Below are positions 17,869 to 24,573 of a stretch of DNA of 39,290 bases, piece by piece (positions within the stretch are counted from its first letter, which is position 1; every line of letters starts with the position of its first letter). The position numbers and the translations under genes were made by a program. Source of the DNA: an uncultured Desulfovibrionaceae bacterium (GTDB lineage: Bacteria; Desulfobacterota; Desulfovibrionia; Desulfovibrionales; Desulfovibrionaceae); contig CBDTYX010000001.1 in NCBI GenBank assembly GCA_965364745.1, positions 1 through 39,290 of the forward strand, given 5' to 3'. The notes under the pieces are model-generated. The model had not been told where the DNA came from and ran no database searches. It saw nothing but the letters and a program-made list of their open reading frames with translations.

Positions 17869-18184
17869 AGCGCACCTGGCCCCGGAGGCGGACCGCGATA
17901 TTGGGGATATTTTTAATGAGCTGCTTGCCGTGGAAGGGGTGACAACTGCTGAGCGTTTTGTGGAAGGGCTCAATGAAGCGATCGTTTCGCTGCGCGCCGC
18001 TCCGTCAGATAAGCCCTACCCGGCTGAACTGCTCAAGGAGGGCATCACCTTGTTTCGTGAGGTCCGCTACGAATCCTGGCGCGTTTTTTACTGCATTGTT
18101 GACGGCGGCATCAGGGTCGTGGCTGTGCTGGACAGCCGGCGCAACGCTGTGCAGCAGCTGCCCGCGCGCCTGGCGCGAGGTTAA
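17861..18184 (+). CDS. type II toxin, RelE/ParE family
   Basis: The 107-aa protein contains EADRDIGDIF...FREVRYESWRVFYCIVDGGIRVVAVLDSRRN. Its start is an ATG overlapping the antitoxin stop. Confidence 0.75.
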   Translation: MAKAHLAPEADRDIGDIFNELLAVEGVTTAERFVEGLNEAIVSLRAAPSDKPYPAELLKEGITLFREVRYESWRVFYCIVDGGIRVVAVLDSRRNAVQQLPARLARG

Positions 18185-18276
18185 AGGACGGGGCATGGGG
18201 GGCTTAGCTCGTTTTTTTTCTCTCTTCCTCTCAACTGGTTATCACCGGCGGCCTGAATTGCGGTTTTTGTTGTTGC

Positions 18277-18846
18277 TTACTTCAGATACTTCTGCAACAT
18301 GCCGCGCAAGGGGCGCGCATCCTCGGGCAAGGTGAACGAAGCCTCCAGGCAACGGGATTTGTCCGCCGGATCCAGCACGTAAATTTTCATCTCTTTGCCG
18401 GTTGCGGCCAGCCAGCGTTGAATTTCCTCTTTCGGCAGCACGAACAGCCACTCAAAAATGTCGCTGTCCAGGAAAGCGCCGCCGACGTAAACGGACTTCA
18501 CGGGCCCGCCGTCCTGCAGAGCCGTTTGCACCAGGCGTTGCTCGCCGCCGATGCCTTCCGGGCCTTCAAACGCGTCCACAGGGAAAGCTTTGATCAAAGG
18601 CGCATTGACCAGCAGCGCAGCTGTAGGGACGCCTCCATCCGGCCGATAGGCGATGCGCAGCCGGGCCGGGTCTGTGACGTTGCCGAAAACCGCCTTGCCG
18701 GGCAGCTCCGCCCATTTAAGCGGAATGGTTTGGTAAGGTGTGGCGATTTTCCAGGCGGCCGGTTCTTCCGCCAATGCGGCCGGCAGGAAAAGGGCAAGCC
18801 CCAGTCCGGAAAAGCAAAGGCTGAGAAAAAATACATATCGGCGCAT
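18277..18846 (-). CDS. secreted protein of unknown function
   Basis: The 189-aa protein has a GGAGAA SD and the signal peptide MRRYVFFLSLCFSGLGLALFLPAALA. I recognise no family motif. Confidence 0.65.
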   Translation of the reverse strand: MRRYVFFLSLCFSGLGLALFLPAALAEEPAAWKIATPYQTIPLKWAELPGKAVFGNVTDPARLRIAYRPDGGVPTAALLVNAPLIKAFPVDAFEGPEGIGGEQRLVQTALQDGGPVKSVYVGGAFLDSDIFEWLFVLPKEEIQRWLAATGKEMKIYVLDPADKSRCLEASFTLPEDARPLRGMLQKYLK

Positions 18847-18971
18847 GATCGTTCTCCACGTTAATTCAAATAAGCTTTAATCGGCATGATAAGCGTTTGT
18901 TCGGATACGGACAAGCGGCCGAAGATTTGGGCGCGCCTGGTCAAGGCCTGCCTTGGCTGGAAAAAGTCCGC

Positions 18972-18999
18972 AAAAAACCCGCCTGGCAGCGGGTTTTTT
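18972..18999. terminator. bidirectional rho-independent terminator downstream of 19039..19512
   Basis: aaaaaacccgc-ctggca-gcgggtttttt. Confidence 0.7.
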
Positions 19000-19038
19000 G
19001 TGTTTATTTTCTGCTCTTTGCCTTTGGCGGCGGGGCAT

Positions 19039-19512
19039 TTATTTCATGGTGTCCAGCAGGCCCTGCTCAACAGAGTCATTGCTCTTCATGCTCATGCGGA
19101 TAGTTTCCAGTTCGTCCTTGTAGCTGCCCTTGTCGCCGATTTCCATGAACACCAGCGCTTTGTTGCCTTCGGCCGCCACGTTTATTTCCATAGGCACGCC
19201 GCCGGAATCGGCCGTAAAGAAATAAGCTCCGTTGGCGGTTTTCTCAGGCGCGCTGCCGCCGAGCTGCTGGGACAGCATTTGGGCCAGCTGCTCAGCGCTT
19301 TTGCCGTCGGTGGGCATCAACTGAATGGAAGAAACGCACTCCTGGGAAGGGGAAGCCACCAAGGCCTGCATGGTCGGCGCATTATACATGGTCGTCCAGC
19401 CGGCGGGCACCTCAACCGTAACGCTGCCGCCGGTGAAAGTTTCGGCCAGGGCCGCGGAGGCCAGGGTCAGGCAGGCCAGGGTCAACACAAAAGTGAGAAT
19501 CCGTTTTTGCAT
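19039..19512 (-). CDS. secreted protein, ETFTGG family, paralog 1
   Basis: An AAGGAG SD precedes the start. The signal peptide is MQKRILTFVLTLACLTLASAALA and the mature N-terminus is ETFTGGSVTVEVPAGW. The protein is collinear with 19588..20085. Confidence 0.75.
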   Translation of the reverse strand: MQKRILTFVLTLACLTLASAALAETFTGGSVTVEVPAGWTTMYNAPTMQALVASPSQECVSSIQLMPTDGKSAEQLAQMLSQQLGGSAPEKTANGAYFFTADSGGVPMEINVAAEGNKALVFMEIGDKGSYKDELETIRMSMKSNDSVEQGLLDTMK

Positions 19513-19587
19513 ATATTAGCTCCTTAAAGGGTTAGATTACAGTTCAAGCCCGGCGGGTCCGCATTAAAGGCCGGTGGTCCGGGTGCC

Positions 19588-20085
19588 CTACTTTAAAACA
19601 TCCAGCATTTTCTGTACAGTCCGATCCTCACTGTGCAGGCTGCTGCGGATGGCCCGCAGTGCCTTGCCGTGATCGGAGGTGGCGCCAAGCTCCATAAAGA
19701 CGACGATTATGTCGGAGGAAGCCAGGGCAAAGGCCGTAAAAGGCACGCCGTGCAAAACGCCGTCAAAGGTATAGGCGTCGTGGCCGGGCATTTTTTCAGG
19801 TTTGCTTCCATTTATGCTTTGCGCGAAAACATCACAGAATTCTTTGGCGCTTTGCCCCCCCACATTGGGCAGGGCCTGCGCGGAAACGGCGCAGTCTTCT
19901 GCAGGCGAGGTCAAGAGAGTTTGGAAGTTATCCGGCTCGTATTCCACGCCCCAGCCGTCCGGCACGGTCACGGTAATGTTGTTTCCGCCGGTAAAAGTTT
20001 CCGCCATGGCCGGCAAAGCAGCGATAAAACAGGCCAAAGCCAGACAGCTTGGCGCCAGGATAAGCGAGAGAATCCGCTTTTGCAT
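19588..20085 (-). CDS. secreted protein, ETFTGG family, paralog 2
   Basis: I use the start at the second ATG (20085), which has a GGAG SD 6 nt upstream and gives MQKRILSL... as in paralog 1. The mature N-terminus is ETFTGGNNITVTVPDGW. Confidence 0.75.
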   Translation of the reverse strand: MQKRILSLILAPSCLALACFIAALPAMAETFTGGNNITVTVPDGWGVEYEPDNFQTLLTSPAEDCAVSAQALPNVGGQSAKEFCDVFAQSINGSKPEKMPGHDAYTFDGVLHGVPFTAFALASSDIIVVFMELGATSDHGKALRAIRSSLHSEDRTVQKMLDVLK

Positions 20086-20156
20086 ATAATTCTCCATAAA
20101 AATTTAAATTATGCGGGCCCGGGGGCCTGATCCACCGCCACAGCCGTGAGAGGTTT

Positions 20157-20651
20157 CTATTTTAGGGCATCCAGTTTTTCCTGTACAGCCGAATCACTGC
20201 TGCGCAGGCTGGTGCGGGCGAGCCGCAATTTTTCAGCGTATCTGTCGCTTCTGCTGATTTCCATAAACACAAAGGCGCCGGCTTCTCCGGAAAAAGTGAG
20301 CGCCGGCGCGGGCATATCGCCGAGAACGGCCTCAAAACCGTATACGCTCTCATCGCCTGTTTTTTCAGGCGGTTAAACGTTTAGGCTCTGAGAAAAAAGA
20401 TCGCCTAATTATTTGCTGTTCATCCCCATAGCAGGAAGAAGCTGCACGGAAACAAGGCATTCCTTGTCCGGCGGGATCAAAGTCATGTGTCCGCCTGTCT
20501 GGGCATGCTGCCCCACCTGCCGGCCGTCAGGCGCGGCTGTGGTGCTGCCGTTGTCGCCTGTGAATATCCGGGCCGGGAAAGTCGCGCGCAGGCAGGCCAG
20601 GCCGCGGGCAAAGGTTATAGCTGCTTCGCGCATAAGTTCATTTTTCCGCAC
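20157..20651 (-). pseudogene. third ETFTGG-family paralog, inactivated by two in-frame TAA codons and a degraded signal peptide
   Basis: A single frame reads ...RIFTGDNGSTTAAPDG...KECLVSVQLLPAMGMNSK*LGDLFSQSLNV*PPEKTGDESVYGF...FVFMEISRSDRYAEKLRLARTSLRSSDSAVQEKLDALK*. It is collinear with both paralogs. The internal stops are at 20409-20411 and 20373-20375. Confidence 0.7.
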
Positions 20652-20934
20652 AGGCGCATTTCGTGCCCAAACTTTCGAGAAGAGCTATCTTTTGCCTGGC
20701 CGGCGCCTTTTTCACAGCCAATTCCATGCGCAGGGCCGCGCTTTTGTTCGGCGCATCCGCCACCGCCGCCAGGGCTACCGGCAAACGCGCGCGGGTGCAG
20801 CGCGAAGCCGTGCCCGCATTGTGTTCTGCAAGCCGCCGCGCCAGGTTTGTGGTAATCCCGCAATACAGGCTCTTATCCGCGCAGCGCAGCAAATACACAT
20901 GCCAGGGGCCGGAGACGTCGCCAGCCTTGGTCAT
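20638..20934 (-). CDS. GIY-YIG nuclease family protein (YhbQ/UPF0213-like)
   Basis: The 98-aa protein reads MTKAGDVSGPWHVYLLRCADKSLYCGITTNLARRLAEHNAG...TRARLPV...SAALRMELAVKK. Its ATG overlaps the upstream stop (ATGA). Confidence 0.75.
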   Translation of the reverse strand: MTKAGDVSGPWHVYLLRCADKSLYCGITTNLARRLAEHNAGTASRCTRARLPVALAAVADAPNKSAALRMELAVKKAPARQKIALLESLGTKCACAEK

Positions 20935-21656
20935 GGCCGACCCGGGCGGGCGGCTTCGCCCGGTCCCGGAAAATGGCAGGCCTCGCCGGCGGTGAGCAGC
21001 AGGGGTTTGCAAAAGGGGGCCAGTTGGGGCAAGGCCGTGGTAAATCTGGCCGTGTTTTGCTCCAGAGCGGGAAATGTGCCCCAGTGCATGGGTATCACAT
21101 AGGGCACGTTCAGCAGCTTGCAGGCCATGGCCGCCTGGGCCGGGCCCATGGTGAACACGCCGCCCATAGGCAGAAGGGCCACATCCAGCGGGTACATCTC
21201 GCCCCACAGGGCCATGTCGCCGAACACGCAGGTGTCTCCGGCATGATAAACGGTCAGGCCGTCAGGCAAGGTAATGATGTACCCGGCCGGGGTGCCGGAG
21301 TTGCTGCTGTGAAAAGCCGGCACCATGACCACTTCAGCTTCTTTAAAGGGAACTGTGCCGCCCATGTTGAAGCCTATGCCGTTAAGGATATGCTCCGGGG
21401 CAAGCTTGCCGTGGGCGATGCGCGCTACGCTGCCCACAATGCCGCCAAGCACCGCGCCGTCTTCCAGGCAAATATCCACGGCTGAACCCACATGGTCGTC
21501 GTGATCATGGGTGACCAGCACAAGGTCGGCTTTGGGCAAATCGCGCCAGGGTTTTTTATCCGCATTGGCGCCGAAGAAGGGGTCAATATAAATATTGATG
21601 CCCGGCGTTTCGATGAAAAAATTGGAATGGCCCAGCCAGGTAATTGTGGTCGCCAT
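20931..21656 (-). CDS. metallo-beta-lactamase-fold metal-dependent hydrolase (UPF0173-like)
   Basis: An AAGGAGG SD precedes the start. The protein reads MATTITWLGHSNFFIETPGINIYIDPFF...LVLVTHDHDDHVG...VYHAGDTCVFGDM...PMHWGTF. Confidence 0.8.
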   Translation of the reverse strand: MATTITWLGHSNFFIETPGINIYIDPFFGANADKKPWRDLPKADLVLVTHDHDDHVGSAVDICLEDGAVLGGIVGSVARIAHGKLAPEHILNGIGFNMGGTVPFKEAEVVMVPAFHSSNSGTPAGYIITLPDGLTVYHAGDTCVFGDMALWGEMYPLDVALLPMGGVFTMGPAQAAMACKLLNVPYVIPMHWGTFPALEQNTARFTTALPQLAPFCKPLLLTAGEACHFPGPGEAARPGRP

Positions 21657-22106
21657 GTCAGTCTCGCCTCCTTGCCGCAATGGCCTTTGCAGGACGATAA
21701 CGCATTCTGCCAGATTTTTAGCTTTAAGTCGATAGCAATAAGTTAAAACAGCCTGCGCGTTAAAGGAAGCTTTGCCTGCCCCTGCGCCCCGGCCTTGGCA
21801 ATATTTGCCTGGGCCGGACAACGCCGGGAGACGCTCCTGCTTTCTGCATCGGCGAGGCCGCGGGTTGGATCAGTCCCTGTTCGGCGGAAGGGTTCAGCTA
21901 CGCGTTTATTTCCGCGGAAAATTTGGGCGAAGCGATCCTCGGCGTTGATTCCGGTCCGGAAATTTTGCGCTGCTACAGCCGCGCCGCGCGTTTTTGGCCG
22001 CTAATATAGCCAGGAAGAAATAGTCCGTGGTCATGTACACGCGGCTTTTGGGCCGCCTGGTCATGGGCGGCGGCGTTTTTGGCGCATAGAATCAGTTTTT
22101 GCAGCT

Positions 22107-22150
22107 CAAAAAACGCCAAAGGGACAGGAGAAATCCTATCCCTTTGGCGT
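22107..22150 (-). terminator. rho-independent terminator downstream of the TPR gene
   Basis: Perfect 12-bp arms acgccaaaggga (22113-22124) and tccctttggcgt (22139-22150) are followed on the minus strand by T6. Confidence 0.7.
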
Positions 22151-22276
22151 CTTACCATTGCCGCGTTCTTTTTTATTCTCCGACCTCCACCCGGCGGCGA
22201 TGAGGAGATTCCCCGGCCCGCAGCGCAGACTACGGACCGGGAAATCTATGGGGAGGGGAGAAATTTATATGCCTGC

Positions 22277-22840
22277 TTAAGCCGCCAGAGCGTCAAAGAG
22301 TTCTTTGGCTTCCGAGTCTTCCGGGTTGAGTTCAAGGAGCTCTTCCAGGTGGACCACGGCTTCTTTCTGACGTCCCATGGAGACCAGGCAGCCGACCATG
22401 GAGATGCGCACGGCGCGGTTATCGGGCTCAAGAGCCAGGAAGTGCTCCAAACAGGGCAGGATTTCTTCCAGGCGGTTCAGATAATGAGCCTCCTGCACAG
22501 CGCAGTGAGTGGCGATCATGTTTTGCGGGTTCTTTTCCAGAGCCCTCAGGAAGGTTGCAAAAGCTTCCTCATGTTCGCCTTTTTCCATGAGCACCAGGCC
22601 GATGCCGCTCAAGGATTTGTCGCAGGCCTCAATGGCCGCGGCCTTGCGGTACAGAACCAGCGCATCGTCAACATTGCCGCGCTGAATGGCCACAGTAGCG
22701 AGACCCAGATACGGATCGGAATGTTCGCCGTCGCTGGCCACCGCTTTGCGGTAGTATTCTTCGGCCTTGTCCAGGTCGCCCATGAACAGGTAACACTCGC
22801 CAAGTTCCTTGTTGATTTCGTAATCCAGTTGATTGTCCAT
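22277..22840 (-). CDS. tetratricopeptide-repeat protein
   Basis: The 187-aa protein has an AGGAGGGG SD. It shows repeated TPR-like units (GDLDKAEEYYRKAV, GNVDDALVLYRKAA, GEHEEAFATFLRALEKNP, GRQKEAVVHLEELLELNP). It is divergent from flgB. Confidence 0.75.
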   Translation of the reverse strand: MDNQLDYEINKELGECYLFMGDLDKAEEYYRKAVASDGEHSDPYLGLATVAIQRGNVDDALVLYRKAAAIEACDKSLSGIGLVLMEKGEHEEAFATFLRALEKNPQNMIATHCAVQEAHYLNRLEEILPCLEHFLALEPDNRAVRISMVGCLVSMGRQKEAVVHLEELLELNPEDSEAKELFDALAA

Positions 22841-23040
22841 ATTATTCCCCTCCTATGCAAGTAGTTCTTGAAGCAAATTTTAATTTTCACCGGCCTCACG
22901 GTCGGCATTTTTTGCACTACGCCCACTCTCTAGCAAAGTGCATGCCAAATTTCGCGTCGAAATGACGGCAGGTTGTCAAAAAATATTTAATTGAAACCGG
23001 GCCTGCCAAAAATTTTAATAAAATCAATTTGTTGTATGGG

Positions 23041-23056
23041 CGGCACAGAAATTGCT
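23041..23056 (+). promoter_or_regulatory. sigma54 (-24/-12) promoter upstream of flgB
   Basis: CGGCAC-agaaa-TTGCT compares with the consensus TGGCAC-N5-TTGCW. GG (23042-23043) and GC (23054-23055) are 12 nt apart. The site lies 87 nt before the flgB ATG. Confidence 0.6.
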
Positions 23057-23142
23057 AACCCCCTGTTCAGGATGATGCCGTCGGCTGTTAAGGCGGCACA
23101 AGGTAAACATTACCTTTTTAAATACAAAGTGGAGGAATCTGC

Positions 23143-23553
23143 ATGAAAAGCTTGTTTGAAACCCATTTAAACCTGGTCGGCCGGGTGATGGACATGCAGC
23201 TTCAACGTCAAAATGTCGTCATGAGTAACGTGGCCAACGTCAAAACCCCCGGCTACAAACCTTTGAAGCTGGAGTTTGAGAAGCAGCTGCAAGAGGCGAT
23301 CAACTCCGACGCCAGGGGCAAACTCAGCCGCACCAACGAAGGGCACATGCCCGCAGCCTTTGATCCGGAAACTTTTGGCCCGGAATGGGAAAAGGCCTTT
23401 AAGCCCCGCGTGGTGCACGGCGAAGACCGGGTCAATCTGGATAAGGAAATGGCCGCCATGGCTAAAACCACCTTGCAGTACAATACCATGACCACGGTGA
23501 TTAAGAGCGGTTTTGACGGCATTAAAACCATAATTCAAGAAGGATCTAAATAA
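23143..23553 (+). CDS. flgB: flagellar basal-body rod protein FlgB
   Basis: SNVANVKTPGYKP is present, with the C-terminal motif TLQYNTMTTVIKSGFDGIKTII. Confidence 0.9.
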   Translation: MKSLFETHLNLVGRVMDMQLQRQNVVMSNVANVKTPGYKPLKLEFEKQLQEAINSDARGKLSRTNEGHMPAAFDPETFGPEWEKAFKPRVVHGEDRVNLDKEMAAMAKTTLQYNTMTTVIKSGFDGIKTIIQEGSK

Positions 23554-23990
23554 TGGACTTCATGACAGCACTTGATATCAGCGCGTCAGGGCTCACGGCG
23601 GAGCGGACCCATATCAACATAATCTCCATGAACCTGGCCAACGTGAAGACCACCCGCACGGAAACCGGCGGCCCCTATCGCCGCAAATCCGTGGAAATGG
23701 CGGCCACGCCCGTGGACGACTCCTTCAGCGCGCAGATGCGCAGCGCCCTCGACCGTGAGCTGCGCGGCGTGCGGGTGATGAACGTGGTTCAGGACACGCG
23801 CCCTTTTAAACTGGTTTATGAGCCCGGGCATCCGGATGCGGACGTCGACGGCATGGTCAAATATCCGGACATCAACGTGGTGGAGGAAATGGCCGGGATG
23901 ATGACCGCCCAGCGCGGTTACGAAGCCAACGTCACTTCCATAGACACCATCAAGGCCATGTACAACAAGGCCCTGGAGATCGCCCGTTAA
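23553..23990 (+). CDS. flgC: flagellar basal-body rod protein FlgC
   Basis: The protein contains LDISASGLTAERTHINIISMNLANVKTT...VKYPDINVVEEMAGMMTAQRGYEANV. Its start overlaps the flgB stop. Confidence 0.9.
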   Translation: MDFMTALDISASGLTAERTHINIISMNLANVKTTRTETGGPYRRKSVEMAATPVDDSFSAQMRSALDRELRGVRVMNVVQDTRPFKLVYEPGHPDADVDGMVKYPDINVVEEMAGMMTAQRGYEANVTSIDTIKAMYNKALEIAR

Positions 23991-24087
23991 TTAATTTTTA
24001 ACCGGTTGGCGCGAAATATGCGGCGAAGCTCCCGCATATTTCATGACAACGACACAGATTTTAAGTCATACGATCCGGGAGAGAATC

Positions 24088-24423
24088 ATGGCTATTCAAA
24101 GCATCGGCCTCAGAGCATACACCCAGGCCTTAAGCAATTTTCAGAAAGCCGAGCAAACCGCCAAGCGCGGGGCCTTCGGCGTTAATGAGCCGCAGGGCGC
24201 GGAAAATTCTTTTGCCTCCACTTTGCAGGACTCGCTGGCCAAGGTCAACGAATTGCAGGGAGAAAAGAAGAATATGATCACCTCGTTTGCTTCCGGCGAA
24301 ACTCAGAACGTGCATGAGTTGATGATTTCCCTGCAAAAAGCCGGGCTGGCCATGTCCATGACTTCCGCCGTGCGCAACAAGGTTATGGAAGCGTATAAGG
24401 AACTCAGCCACCTGCAGTTTTAG
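24088..24423 (+). CDS. fliE: flagellar hook-basal body complex protein FliE
   Basis: ATG 24088 follows GGGAGAG. The protein contains FASTLQDSLAKVNELQ...VHELMISLQKAGLAMSMTSAVRNKVMEAYKEL. Confidence 0.85.
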   Translation: MAIQSIGLRAYTQALSNFQKAEQTAKRGAFGVNEPQGAENSFASTLQDSLAKVNELQGEKKNMITSFASGETQNVHELMISLQKAGLAMSMTSAVRNKVMEAYKELSHLQF

Positions 24424-24495
24424 GCTGTTGTTCAGCGCCTTTCGGCAACTGGACCGCCCTTGGGCGGGCAGGCCCCAAGAGGCAGATGATAAAGT

Positions 24496-24511
24496 TGGAA
24501 TGCTTTTAGCA
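24496..24511 (+). promoter_or_regulatory. possible internal sigma54 promoter upstream of fliF
   Basis: TGGAAT-gcttt-TAGCA has GG (24497-24498) and GC (24509-24510) 12 nt apart. It matches the consensus less well than the flgB site. Confidence 0.35.
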
Positions 24512-24573
24512 ACTATAACCGCAATGCTGATTTTTTGACGCGCCCGGCGCGTATTTCTTAAGCGGAGGATATT

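Noticed and set aside
17401-20700. A possible genomic island integrated at tRNA-Val.
   Set aside because: I found no integrase, no recognisable direct repeat of the tRNA 3' end and no mobility genes. It is kept only as a low-interest note on the TA module, not as a mobile-element feature.
20413-21485. Plus-strand ORFs 20413..21102 (229 aa), 20487..20855 and 20973..21485 (170 aa), and the long versions of the minus-strand ORFs 20638..21207 and 20931..21821.
   Set aside because: The plus-strand ORFs are antisense to the GIY-YIG and MBL genes. The minus-strand ORFs are real only from the internal ATGs at 20934 and 21656, which have SD or overlap support and family-typical N-termini.
22079-22864. 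A 261-aa plus-strand ORF.
   Set aside because: It is antisense to the TPR gene and runs through its terminator hairpin. It has no SD and no motifs.
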